Of a stretch of 64,000 nt of DNA, positions 50,173 to 59,908 are shown in pieces. Under the pieces are notes generated by a model that was not told where the DNA came from, did not search any database, and saw only the letters and a list, made by a program, of their open reading frames with translations. The stretch is from NCBI GenBank assembly GCA_041660525.1, contig JBAZWD010000001.1, positions 224,022 through 288,021 of the forward strand. Direction: 5' to 3'. Each line of letters begins with the position of its first letter. Within the stretch, counting starts at the first letter, position 1. Origin of the DNA: Legionellales bacterium (GTDB lineage Bacteria; Pseudomonadota; Gammaproteobacteria; JABCZS01). A program made the translations under genes and the position numbers.

Positions 50173-50184
50173 AAGAACGGACTC

Positions 50185-52296
50185 ATGCTAAAACGAATAA
50201 TGTATCCTGTTTTGACATTGTGTTGCTGTTTTATGACAGTCATTGCGCTTGCGCAAGAACCTTTACCTCCGCTACCGCAACAAGCCGATTTGCGTCAATG
50301 GAATTTGCAAAACGTAGATGTCAAAAACGTTGTGGAAGAAGTCGCACGCGTCACCGGCAAAAACTTTATTATTGATCCCAATTTATCGGGTAACGTCACC
50401 GTTATTTCTAACCAGCAAATGACGCCTGACGAATTGTACGAATTATTTTTATCCATGTTACAAGTGTTAGGTTATGCCGCTGTAGAAAGTGCAGATGCAA
50501 TTAAAATTGTGCCCGATGCAAAAGCAAGACAATTAGGCACTTTTATTGCCACAGATGCACAACCAGGTTCTCGCGATGCAATTGTTGCGCGCGTGATCAG
50601 TGTTGAACATGTGCCTGCCGCACAATTAGTGCCCGTATTACGTAATTTAGTTTCTCCAGAAGGACATTTAGCAGCTTATGCACCTTCCAATAGTTTATTA
50701 GTGGTTGATCGTGGTGAGAACGCAACAAGGCTCGCAGATATTGTTCATAAATTAGACAGAGCAGAGACAGATGGCATTGATATGATCATGCTCGAAAATG
50801 CTTCTGCTGATGAAGTTGTCGCTTCTCTTGAAGCGTTAGTGGCCGTACGTCGCCAAGGTGATGCTGCAGGTGGACAAGTCGCTATATCTTCGGATGAGCG
50901 CAGTAATAGTATTTTATTAAGTGGTGATAAAAGTAGACGTTTACAATTACAAGCGATCATTGCCCAACTGGATGTTACAGTTGAAGGTGAAGGCAATACG
51001 GAAGTTATTTATTTACGTTTTCAACGCGCGGAAGATTTAGTACCTGTTTTAGCCAATATTATGGATAGTTATGCTTCAGCGCAAGATAATACGATTACCC
51101 CGGGCGCTGCATTAGCACAAGTACAACAACAACCTGTTGCAGCGGCTGTACAAATAACACCTTCTTCTGAAGCAGGGGAAGGTTATCGAACATTTACAGA
51201 TAGACAAGCAACGGGTGTTTCTGTAGGTGGTTATGGTATTCATGCAGAACCAAATATGAATGCATTAGTCATGACGGCACCACCCGCATTGATGCGCAGT
51301 CTTCGCAGTGTTATTACACAATTAGATGTGCGTCGCGCGCAAGTTATGGTGGAAGCGATTATTGTTGAAATAGAAGATACAGAATTAGAAGAATTAGGTA
51401 TTGAATGGCGCGGCGGTGGTAATATTATCGGCGGCACAGCGTTTCCGAATGCAGAAGGCTTTTCACCATTGGATGCTTATCAAGCAACTTTAGATGCAGG
51501 TGGCGAAGCATTACCCGGTGCAGGATTAAACGTTGGCTTTATTCATAATGGTTCGATTAAATTTTTAATCAATGCTTTAAGCTCAAATGTGAATGCTAAT
51601 ATTTTATCAACACCTTCATTGGTGGCGCTTGATAATGCAGAAGCACAAATTACTGTGGGTAATCAAATTCCATTTAAGATTGGTGAGTACGCAACAACCG
51701 GTGATTCCAATACTGTAGAACCTTTTAATACATTTGAATACCGCGAAGTGGGTTTAACACTGCGGATTAAACCACAAATTACCCAAGGTGATGCGGTTGT
51801 ATTACAAATTCAACAAAATGTGGATTCGATAGGCACGCCGACAGCAGAAGGTGAACCTACAACAATTGTGCGCGATATCACAACTTCCGTATTAGTAAAT
51901 GATAAAGATATTTTAGTATTAGGCGGATTGATTCGTACACAAGAAAATGATAACACCTATAAAGTACCTTATTTAGGTGATCTGCCGTTAATTGGTAATT
52001 TTTTCCGCGCGCAAAATACCACAACGAGCAAAACTAACTTAATGATCTTTATGCGCCCAACCATTTTGCGTGATCGCACCGAAAGCTTAGAAGTGACCGG
52101 TAATAAATATAATTGGATGCGTAATCAACAAGTGCTAGATAATACCATTGATTATGAAAAACAAATTCCAGAATCACATGGTCGACTCGCACCTTTTGAA
52201 GAAGTTGAACCCATGTTACCTAAACCGTTTCAACCCAGCAAAGATGTAGCTGATCCGCATATCGTATTAACTACAGATGATTTTCCTGATCAATAA
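50185..52296 (+). CDS. gspD: type II secretion system secretin GspD
   Basis: A signal peptide and N0-N3 domains are present. The C-terminal secretin domain carries VPYLGDLPLIGNFFR and …LMIFMRPTILRD. Confidence 0.9.
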   Translation: MLKRIMYPVLTLCCCFMTVIALAQEPLPPLPQQADLRQWNLQNVDVKNVVEEVARVTGKNFIIDPNLSGNVTVISNQQMTPDELYELFLSMLQVLGYAAVESADAIKIVPDAKARQLGTFIATDAQPGSRDAIVARVISVEHVPAAQLVPVLRNLVSPEGHLAAYAPSNSLLVVDRGENATRLADIVHKLDRAETDGIDMIMLENASADEVVASLEALVAVRRQGDAAGGQVAISSDERSNSILLSGDKSRRLQLQAIIAQLDVTVEGEGNTEVIYLRFQRAEDLVPVLANIMDSYASAQDNTITPGAALAQVQQQPVAAAVQITPSSEAGEGYRTFTDRQATGVSVGGYGIHAEPNMNALVMTAPPALMRSLRSVITQLDVRRAQVMVEAIIVEIEDTELEELGIEWRGGGNIIGGTAFPNAEGFSPLDAYQATLDAGGEALPGAGLNVGFIHNGSIKFLINALSSNVNANILSTPSLVALDNAEAQITVGNQIPFKIGEYATTGDSNTVEPFNTFEYREVGLTLRIKPQITQGDAVVLQIQQNVDSIGTPTAEGEPTTIVRDITTSVLVNDKDILVLGGLIRTQENDNTYKVPYLGDLPLIGNFFRAQNTTTSKTNLMIFMRPTILRDRTESLEVTGNKYNWMRNQQVLDNTIDYEKQIPESHGRLAPFEEVEPMLPKPFQPSKDVADPHIVLTTDDFPDQ

Positions 52297-52310
52297 GGGG
52301 TATATTCGCA

Positions 52311-53789
52311 ATGACGACGGATGTACCTGTAAAATTACCATTTAGCTTTGCTAAAAAATATCATGTATTAACCCAACCAGGTGAAGAACATGATATTTTG
52401 GTTTATCAACAAGAAACACCCAGTGAAAGTTTATTAGAGGCACAACGCCTTATAAATCGCCCGCTGCAATTGCAGTGTGTGACGCCGGCTGAATTCGATA
52501 AATTATTAGAAACAGCTTATCAAACCAGCGAAAGTTCTTCATCCACACAATTATTGGAAGATTTAGGTGAATTAGATTTACAAGATATGGCAGAGTCTAT
52601 TAATGTCACCGAAGATATTTTAGAGAGTGAAAATGATGCGCCTGTTATCCGTTTAATTAATGCGCTTTTGCGCGAAGCGGTGCGCGAACATGCTTCTGAT
52701 ATTCATATTGAACCTTTTGCAGAGCGTCTCATGGTTCGTTTTCGTGTTGATGGTGTTTTACGCAATGTAATAGAACCACCACCTGCATTGACACCTTTAC
52801 TTATTTCGCGCGTTAAAGTTATGGCAAAATTAGATATTGCAGAAAAACGTTTGCCACAAGATGGTCGTATCGCTTTACAAATTGGTTCGCGTGCTGTGGA
52901 TGTTCGGGTTTCAACCATGCCTTCTAATCATGGCGAACGTGTGGTGATGCGTTTACTGGATAAAAAAGCGGGGCGTTTAAATGTAAACCATTTAGGTATG
53001 GATCCTGACAGTGCGCGCATAGTCAAAGAAATCATTGCAAAACCCCACGGTATTGTTTTAGTAACGGGCCCAACCGGCGCAGGTAAAAGTACCACGCTTT
53101 ATGCGATGTTAACGGATTTAAATGATGCGACATGTAATATTTTAACGATAGAAGATCCTATCGAATATGATTTACCGGGTATTGGTCAAACTCAAGTTAA
53201 TGCGAAAGTAGAAATGACTTTTGCCAGAGGCTTGCGCGCAATTTTGCGGCAAGATCCAGACATTGTCATGATAGGGGAAATTCGTGATCTTGAAACTGCA
53301 GAAATCGCTGTGCAAGCCAGTTTGACGGGGCATTTAGTATTATCAACACTTCATACAAATACAGCTATCGGCGCTGCAGCGCGACTCATCGATATGGGTG
53401 TTGCACCATTTTTATTAGCATCGAGTTTAATTGGTTTGATTGCACAACGTTTAGTAAGATTATTATGTCCTGTTTGTAAAGTTCAAGTAGAAGCAACGCA
53501 TGCGGAGCGTGAAATTCTTGCGCCAAATTCAACGCAACCTTTAATGGTTTATCAACCAAAAGGTTGTCCAAATTGTCAAAATACCGGTTATAAAGGACGC
53601 AGTGGTATTTATGAAGTGATTCTTGTTGATGATCAAATTCGCAATATGATTCATGAAAAACAAGGTGAAGCTAAAATGATGGCTTATGCGCGCCAACATT
53701 GGCCCAGTATTCGTCAAGATGGTGTACGCAGAATACTTGCAGGCGATACAACGTTAGAAGAAGTCATGCGCGAAACAGCAGAGGATTAA
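52311..53789 (+). CDS. gspE: type II secretion system ATPase GspE
   Basis: Walker A GPTGAGKSTT, an Asp box, Walker B VMIGEIRD, a His box and the tetracysteine motif CPVCK…CPNCQ. Confidence 0.9.
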   Translation: MTTDVPVKLPFSFAKKYHVLTQPGEEHDILVYQQETPSESLLEAQRLINRPLQLQCVTPAEFDKLLETAYQTSESSSSTQLLEDLGELDLQDMAESINVTEDILESENDAPVIRLINALLREAVREHASDIHIEPFAERLMVRFRVDGVLRNVIEPPPALTPLLISRVKVMAKLDIAEKRLPQDGRIALQIGSRAVDVRVSTMPSNHGERVVMRLLDKKAGRLNVNHLGMDPDSARIVKEIIAKPHGIVLVTGPTGAGKSTTLYAMLTDLNDATCNILTIEDPIEYDLPGIGQTQVNAKVEMTFARGLRAILRQDPDIVMIGEIRDLETAEIAVQASLTGHLVLSTLHTNTAIGAAARLIDMGVAPFLLASSLIGLIAQRLVRLLCPVCKVQVEATHAEREILAPNSTQPLMVYQPKGCPNCQNTGYKGRSGIYEVILVDDQIRNMIHEKQGEAKMMAYARQHWPSIRQDGVRRILAGDTTLEEVMRETAED

Positions 53790-53790
53790 T

Positions 53791-55008
53791 ATGGCGGCTT
53801 TTGAATATACGGCGTTAAATGCAGCCGGTAAAAAGGTTAGTGGTGTATTGCAAGCCGATAGCGCTAAACAAATTCGTAGTCAATTACGTGATCAAAACTT
53901 ATCGCCTTTATCTGTTGAAAAAATAGAACATAAACAAAAAATAGAATTTTTTAGTCGTACGCCGCGTTATAAATTAAGCAGCGAGGAATTAAATTTATTT
54001 ACGCGTCAATTAGCTACTCTGATTGCTGCGCGCCTGCCGATTGCAGAATCGCTACAAAGTATTGCGGAGCAATCTGAAAAACCCAGAATACAAAAAGTCG
54101 TAGGTGCAATTCGTGCAGGCGTGATGGAAGGGCAAAGTCTTGCACAAGCACTCGCACGTTTTCCTAAAATTTTTTCTGAATTATACCGCTCAACTGTCGG
54201 CGCTGGCGAAGCAGCGGGTCATTTGCCCGAAGTCTTAACACGTCTTGCCGATTATCTTGAAAACCAAGAAAAATCCATGCGTAAATTATGGGGTGCATTG
54301 TTATATCCAGCATTTATCGTAATTGTTTCTTTATTATTTGTGGTTATTTTATTAGTGTATGTGGTACCGCAAGTAATCGAAGTCTTCACTGAAACTGGAC
54401 AAGCTTTGCCATTTTTAACGCGCGCATTAATTTTTTTAAGCAATGGTTTGCAGCATTATGGTTTGTGGATATTAATCGTATTAGCGATCGGTTTAATTAT
54501 TTTTTTACGTGGACTTAAAAATTATGCCTTTAAAACCCGCGTGCATGAATTATTATTACGATTACCTTTAATTGGTCGAGTGTTACGTGTGGCGAATACT
54601 GCACGCTATGCAAGAACCTTGAGTATTTTATCTGATGCTGGCGTATCTATTTTAGATGCATTAACCGCAGCACAACGTGTTGTCACCCTGATTCCCATGC
54701 AAGAAGCGATGTCGCATGTCGTCACGCAAGTGAGAGAAGGTATGAGTTTAAATAAAGCCTTAAAACAAACTGGATTTATGCCCGCGATGAGTATACATTT
54801 AATCGCAAGCGGCGAAGCAACAGGGCAACTGGAAGAAATGTTGCTACGTAGCGCTAATATTCAAGACAGTGAAGTTGACCGTTTAGTTTCTGGCAGCTTA
54901 ACTATCTTTGAACCTTTGATGATATTATTTATGGGGGTGGTTGTTTTATTAATCGTACTCGCGATTTTATTACCCATTTTCGAAGTCACACAAATTGTAG
55001 GGAGCTAG
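53791..55008 (+). CDS. gspF: type II secretion system inner-membrane platform protein GspF
   Basis: 405 aa with duplicated GspF domains and 3 TM segments. Confidence 0.9.
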   Translation: MAAFEYTALNAAGKKVSGVLQADSAKQIRSQLRDQNLSPLSVEKIEHKQKIEFFSRTPRYKLSSEELNLFTRQLATLIAARLPIAESLQSIAEQSEKPRIQKVVGAIRAGVMEGQSLAQALARFPKIFSELYRSTVGAGEAAGHLPEVLTRLADYLENQEKSMRKLWGALLYPAFIVIVSLLFVVILLVYVVPQVIEVFTETGQALPFLTRALIFLSNGLQHYGLWILIVLAIGLIIFLRGLKNYAFKTRVHELLLRLPLIGRVLRVANTARYARTLSILSDAGVSILDALTAAQRVVTLIPMQEAMSHVVTQVREGMSLNKALKQTGFMPAMSIHLIASGEATGQLEEMLLRSANIQDSEVDRLVSGSLTIFEPLMILFMGVVVLLIVLAILLPIFEVTQIVGS

Positions 55009-55011
55009 AGC

Positions 55012-55443
55012 ATGATGGATTATCAACGTAAAAAACAAAGTGGTTTCACTTTAATCGAAGTAATGGTTGTGGTGATGATTTTAGGTATTCTCGCCGCGAT
55101 TGTTGTACCGCGTATCGTCAGCAGACCTGAAGAAGCAAAAATTGTAAAAGCAAAACAAGATATCGCGCGTTTAGAAGCCGCTTTAGATTTATACCGTTTA
55201 GATAATGGTACGTATCCTACACAGCAACAAGGTTTAGTAGCGCTGGTTACAAAACCGACTACACCACCTTTACCTACAAATTGGTCAGCCAGTGGTTATG
55301 TAAATCGCTTGCCTACCGATCCTTGGGCCAATGATTATCAATACCGTAATCCTGGTACGCATGGAGAAATTGATATTTATTCTTTTGGACCGAGCGGTCA
55401 AGAAGGCGGTGAAGGTACGCAAGCTGAAGTGGGTAATTGGTAG
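55012..55443 (+). CDS. gspG: type II secretion system major pseudopilin GspG
   Basis: Prepilin leader and cleavage motif QSGFTLIEVMVVVMILGILAAIVVP, characteristic of the GspG family. Confidence 0.9.
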   Translation: MMDYQRKKQSGFTLIEVMVVVMILGILAAIVVPRIVSRPEEAKIVKAKQDIARLEAALDLYRLDNGTYPTQQQGLVALVTKPTTPPLPTNWSASGYVNRLPTDPWANDYQYRNPGTHGEIDIYSFGPSGQEGGEGTQAEVGNW

Positions 55444-55504
55444 AAAATTATATACTTAACTTTTAATGTTAAAGGTGGTCGCAATTTGCGGCCACCTCAA
55501 TGCG

Positions 55505-55553
55505 AAAAACAAAAAAAGAAGGCATAAGCACGCTGCGGCATAGCGCCGCAGCT
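55505..55553 (-). terminator. intrinsic terminator of the downstream OMP gene (perfect 8-bp stem GCTGCGGC-ATAGC-GCCGCAGC followed on the minus strand by a T-rich run)
   Basis: Hairpin at 55533..55553. Minus-strand T-run corresponds to plus 55505..55520 (AAAAACAAAAAAAGAA). Confidence 0.45.
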
Positions 55554-55567
55554 GGGCGAGATGTATA

Positions 55568-56545
55568 TTAGAACACACCTTTTAGATTCACATAAGGTCC
55601 GCTAAATGTGACATCAACCGGTAGAACAATGGTAGGAGCAGGTAGTGTCGCCACGGCTTCGCTGTAGTAATCCACTTGATATCCAAGTTCAAGACCTAAA
55701 GTAGAACTTTCTTCGTTATCAAATACATACACATAATCGATACCTAAATTGGCTCTTAAGTTAGTAACGGAATGACTGTCAATATCATTTTCATTATCGT
55801 ATGTCACTGGGACATCATCATCAAAGTTATATTGCCCTTGTACGTTGGATAGATCTAAATCACCCAAATAATAAGCCACTGAGGCACCACCCACAATTCC
55901 AACACCTTGATTAAAGGAATAACGAGTATCAATGCCTACTCGTGGACCCCAACCGGTAAATTCACTGTCTTGTGTAGTATTAACGGTTATATTGTCGCTA
56001 CCAGGTGGTACAGAAGAATAATCTATATTACTTTTGAGATTTTGCTCCAATTCTACATAGGCTAAACCGCCGACAAATCGCATTTGCATATGTTCACCAA
56101 TATTCATGTATTGGCTGATTAATAAATCAAAGGCATTGAATTCATAACCCAAATTGGAATCTATATCACCAGTAATTAGGCCTGAATTTTCATTAGGAGC
56201 CCCGAAAGTTGAGGCTGTATCACTGGTGTCGAGATTACGATAAGAAAGTTCAATACCATTGGCCGTATCGTCAAATAGATAGCCGATTGATGCTTGAATA
56301 CCAAATTCATAATCTGGGATTACATTAGTCGTGTCCAATATAAATTCGTTTTCTTCTGTGGAATCGACTCCAAATCCATAGCTTGTATTATCAGCAGAAG
56401 TCTGAGCATAGACTGTTCCTATAGTTGCTGTGACACCACCTTCTAACATGGGTACAGTTACGATTTCTTGTGCATAAACAAGGCTTGGAATGCTGAGTGT
56501 GAAAGCGGCTAAAGAAGAGAAAAATAGTGTATTGATTTTCATCAT
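55568..56545 (-). CDS. outer-membrane beta-barrel protein, Legionella MOMP-like family
   Basis: A signal peptide is present (AFTLSIPSLVYAQ). The protein is rich in Gly/Tyr/Asp/Asn beta-strands and has a C-terminal Phe (…LKGVF). Confidence 0.55.
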   Translation of the reverse strand: MMKINTLFFSSLAAFTLSIPSLVYAQEIVTVPMLEGGVTATIGTVYAQTSADNTSYGFGVDSTEENEFILDTTNVIPDYEFGIQASIGYLFDDTANGIELSYRNLDTSDTASTFGAPNENSGLITGDIDSNLGYEFNAFDLLISQYMNIGEHMQMRFVGGLAYVELEQNLKSNIDYSSVPPGSDNITVNTTQDSEFTGWGPRVGIDTRYSFNQGVGIVGGASVAYYLGDLDLSNVQGQYNFDDDVPVTYDNENDIDSHSVTNLRANLGIDYVYVFDNEESSTLGLELGYQVDYYSEAVATLPAPTIVLPVDVTFSGPYVNLKGVF

Positions 56546-56660
56546 TTAATCCTTTAAATAGAGTGATGAGGCCATCATACCTTGAATTAATATTAATGAC
56601 CAGCGTATGCAAAAAGTGTAAAATAAAAGTCATATTTCGAAGATACTGGGATGATGCATA

Positions 56661-57479
56661 ATGCCTGAGTTACCTGAGGTAGAAACCACGCTGCGTGGTA
56701 TAGCACCGCATGTGTTAGATAAAAACATTAATAAAGTGGTGATTCGACACTATGGTTTGCGCTGGCCTATTGCGCGTGATATTCACAAAAAATTAGTGGG
56801 TCATCAAGTTGCGCAATTAGCGCGCAGAGGTAAATATTTACTTTTACATTTGACGCAAGGCACATTAATCATTCATTTAGGAATGTCAGGACGTTTGTGT
56901 ATTGTAGACAAAAATATACCCGCACAAAAACATGATCATGTCGATGTTGAATTTAATAGTCAAAAAGTATTACGTTTTACAGATCCAAGACGTTTCGGTG
57001 CCTTTTTATGGACAGAAAATCATGATGATCATAAGTTATTAAATCATTTGGGCCCAGAGCCGTTAACTGAAGTGTTTTGCGGTGAATATTTATTTGCTCG
57101 AGCTAAAAATAAAAAAATAGCTGTAAAAACATTTATCATGGATCAAAAAATAGTCGTAGGCGTGGGAAATATTTATGCTAACGAGGCATTATTTCTAGCG
57201 GGCATAAATCCTAGTCAATCTGCATGTCAGATTACATTATCTAGATATGAAAAATTAACAGAACATATAAAAAATATTTTAAGGCAAGCGATTAAGCAAG
57301 GCGGAACAACGTTAAAAGATTTTTTAAACAGCGATGGCAAGCCAGGTTATTTTTCGCAAAACTTACTTGTATATGGCCGAGAAAATAAACCTTGTACGCA
57401 TTGCGGCACGACTTTAATGGGCATACAAATTGGAAAGCGTGCTACGGTATTTTGTCCAAAATGTCAGGAAAAGGATTAA
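56661..57479 (+). CDS. mutM: formamidopyrimidine-DNA glycosylase
   Basis: The N-terminus MPELPEVET (catalytic Pro2, Glu3) and the C-terminal zinc finger CTHCGTTL…CPKCQ are present. Confidence 0.95.
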   Translation: MPELPEVETTLRGIAPHVLDKNINKVVIRHYGLRWPIARDIHKKLVGHQVAQLARRGKYLLLHLTQGTLIIHLGMSGRLCIVDKNIPAQKHDHVDVEFNSQKVLRFTDPRRFGAFLWTENHDDHKLLNHLGPEPLTEVFCGEYLFARAKNKKIAVKTFIMDQKIVVGVGNIYANEALFLAGINPSQSACQITLSRYEKLTEHIKNILRQAIKQGGTTLKDFLNSDGKPGYFSQNLLVYGRENKPCTHCGTTLMGIQIGKRATVFCPKCQEKD

Positions 57480-57481
57480 GA

Positions 57482-58027
57482 ATGCAATTACCCAATAATT
57501 TTATATTAAAAAAAGATGACATTGTATTATCGATCATCGATGAAAATGATCAAGTGGCTTTAGAAAGCATCTCTCAAGATTCTAGAATCTGGGCGCATAA
57601 TCCCCACTTTAACGATCCTAAACAATTTCCAGATGAATGGTTTAAAAAAGCATTGCAACAAAAGGAGAAGGGCACGCGCATACCTTTTGTAATTCGATAT
57701 AAAAATCAAGTGATAGGTTCAACCAGTTTTTATGATATGGATGATCATAAGGTCACAATAGGATACACATGGTTACATCCTGATTATTGGGGGAGGGGCA
57801 TTAATGGCGTGATTAAACAAATGCTTTTACATTATTTGTTTACCTGCGAAAAATTAGGTGAGGTTAATTTTGTGATTGATATTTTAAATTTACGTTCGCG
57901 CGCAGCAGTCGAAAAACTAGGTGCCATCCAAACAGATACAATTTATAATCACATACAACGTCCAGATGGCAGTTGGCGCGCTTCCATTGTATACAGTATT
58001 ACTCCCCACTCACCAGAGGCCATATAA
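57482..58027 (+). CDS. GNAT-family N-acetyltransferase
   Basis: 181 aa, with the start placed at the Met just after the mutM stop. Motif A-like region HPDYWGRGINGVIKQMLLHYLF. Confidence 0.55.
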   Translation: MQLPNNFILKKDDIVLSIIDENDQVALESISQDSRIWAHNPHFNDPKQFPDEWFKKALQQKEKGTRIPFVIRYKNQVIGSTSFYDMDDHKVTIGYTWLHPDYWGRGINGVIKQMLLHYLFTCEKLGEVNFVIDILNLRSRAAVEKLGAIQTDTIYNHIQRPDGSWRASIVYSITPHSPEAI

Positions 58028-58030
58028 AGC

Positions 58031-58840
58031 ATGAATATTTTTAAAACAATCCCAGAGCTTGGGAAAATACCGCCACAAATACCGTGTTTATTTTATCATG
58101 ATGATAAAATTTTAGTATTAAAACAAAACGATGAATTTATTTTGCCTCATTATCAACAATTAAATTTTATACTCAATACGCAATCCGTATTTTTTATGGA
58201 TGCCGACGATGGTACAAGATTATTGGTGGCTGATTTGAGTGATGTAAAAATACCGGGTATCTTTTCCTTAGAAAACACGCGTAATATTTATCATTATTTT
58301 AATGCAGCACAGCGTCATTGGATAGCTAAAACTTATGGTTATGTTCATTGGTATCGCAATCATCGGTTTTGTGGACGTTGTGCGCATGAAAATGTTTTAG
58401 ATGAAAATGAATGTGCCATGGTGTGCCCAAATTGTCGCATTTATTTTTATCCTAAAGTAAATCCGAGTATGATTGTTTTAGTCCATCGTGGTCCAGAAAT
58501 ATTATTGGCACGATCGCCGCATTTTTCTCCAGGATTGTACAGTGTGCTGGCAGGTTTTGTTGCACCGGGTGAAACATTAGAACAAACAGTAATGCGTGAA
58601 GTTAAAGAAGAAGTGAATATTACAGTTAAAAATATTAGCTATCAATTTTCACAAGCATGGCCTTTCCCAGATACATTTATGTTGGGTTTTTACGCAGAAT
58701 ATGCTGGCGGTGAATTACAAATCGATAAGAAAGAAATTGAAGATGCAGGCTGGTATATGGCTGATAATTTGCCGGAACTATTACCACGCAGTATCAGCAT
58801 TGGGCGGCAGCTGATAGACAATTTTTATAAAAAACAATGA
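58031..58840 (+). CDS. nudC: NAD(+) diphosphatase (NADH pyrophosphatase, Nudix)
   Basis: Zinc ribbon CGRC…CPNC. Nudix box GFVAPGETLEQTVMREVKEEVNI. C-terminal NudC-type SQAWPFP motif. Confidence 0.8.
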   Translation: MNIFKTIPELGKIPPQIPCLFYHDDKILVLKQNDEFILPHYQQLNFILNTQSVFFMDADDGTRLLVADLSDVKIPGIFSLENTRNIYHYFNAAQRHWIAKTYGYVHWYRNHRFCGRCAHENVLDENECAMVCPNCRIYFYPKVNPSMIVLVHRGPEILLARSPHFSPGLYSVLAGFVAPGETLEQTVMREVKEEVNITVKNISYQFSQAWPFPDTFMLGFYAEYAGGELQIDKKEIEDAGWYMADNLPELLPRSISIGRQLIDNFYKKQ

Positions 58841-58882
58841 GTTATAATATCAGGTTTTTGTGAGACATAAAAAAGGACAAAT

Positions 58883-59908
58883 ATGAAAAATTTATTTTTA
58901 AGCATTGCAATCGGGATGCTCTTATCATTAACCCCTATCAGCTTTGCGCAAACTGTACAAAAACCCGCTGCTTTACAAGCAGGTGATACCGTAGGGTTAG
59001 TCTCTACCGGATTTCGGATGTTAGATGATATGGAATTGCAATTTGCCATTGAACGTTTACAAGCTTTAGGTTTTAAAGTGAAAGTAGGTGATGCAATTTT
59101 AAAACAACATGGTTATTTTGCAGGCACAGATGCGCAACGCGTCGATGATATTCATAAAATGTTTGCAGATAAAGACGTTAAAGCTATTTTTCAATTGCGC
59201 GGTGGCTTTGGCAGCGCGCGCTTACTTAATTTATTAGATTATGATTTGATCAAGAAAAATCCAAAAGTGTTTATGGGTATGAGTGATACCACAGCATTAT
59301 TATTAGCGATTTATGCAAAAACAGGATTAGTGACTTTCCATGGCCCGAATGCCAGCAGACCTTGGCCAAAATTTACCCAAGGTTATTTGCAATCGGTATT
59401 ATTTAATAATGAACAAACAGTGTTTAGTAATCCTGTCATTCAACAAGATGATCTGACGCAAACAGAAGATCGCATCCAAACGATCACTCCTGGAACTGCT
59501 AAAGGTCGCTTATTAGGCGGTAATTTAGTGGTGCTGGCTTCCATGATGGGTTCTGATTATTTACCCGAGTGGGATAATGCTATTTTATTTATCGAAGATA
59601 TCGGTGAAGATCCTTACAAAATTGATCGCGCCTTAACACAATTAAAATTAGCCGGCGTTTTAGATAAAATTTCCGGTTTTATTTTTGGTAAATGTAATGA
59701 ATGTGTACCCACCACACCGGGCAGCACTTATGGCTCTTTTCATTTAATGCAAGTATTAAACGATCACATTAAACCCTTAAATATCCCCGCTTATTACGGT
59801 GCAATGATCGGTCATGATAGTCGTATTTTTACAGTACCCGTGGGTGTTGTAGCGACTATGGATGCATCCAAAGGAACTATTGCTTTGCAAGAGCATGCTG
59901 TTCAATAA
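58883..59908 (+). CDS. LD-carboxypeptidase (peptidase S66), secreted paralog
   Basis: A signal peptide is present (AIGMLLSLTPISFAQ). S66 nucleophile GMSDTTAL, plus Glu and His (MIGHD). It is collinear with the partial gene at 1..854. Confidence 0.8.
   Translation: MKNLFLSIAIGMLLSLTPISFAQTVQKPAALQAGDTVGLVSTGFRMLDDMELQFAIERLQALGFKVKVGDAILKQHGYFAGTDAQRVDDIHKMFADKDVKAIFQLRGGFGSARLLNLLDYDLIKKNPKVFMGMSDTTALLLAIYAKTGLVTFHGPNASRPWPKFTQGYLQSVLFNNEQTVFSNPVIQQDDLTQTEDRIQTITPGTAKGRLLGGNLVVLASMMGSDYLPEWDNAILFIEDIGEDPYKIDRALTQLKLAGVLDKISGFIFGKCNECVPTTPGSTYGSFHLMQVLNDHIKPLNIPAYYGAMIGHDSRIFTVPVGVVATMDASKGTIALQEHAVQ

Noticed and set aside
55473..55497. Hairpin AGGTGGTCGC-AATTT-GCGGCCACCT just after gspG as the gsp operon terminator
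   Set aside because: The stem is good but there is no U-run on the plus strand (it is followed by CAATGCGAAAAAC). It may be an RNA-stability hairpin or part of a tandem bidirectional terminator with the 55533..55553 hairpin, but it cannot be called confidently.
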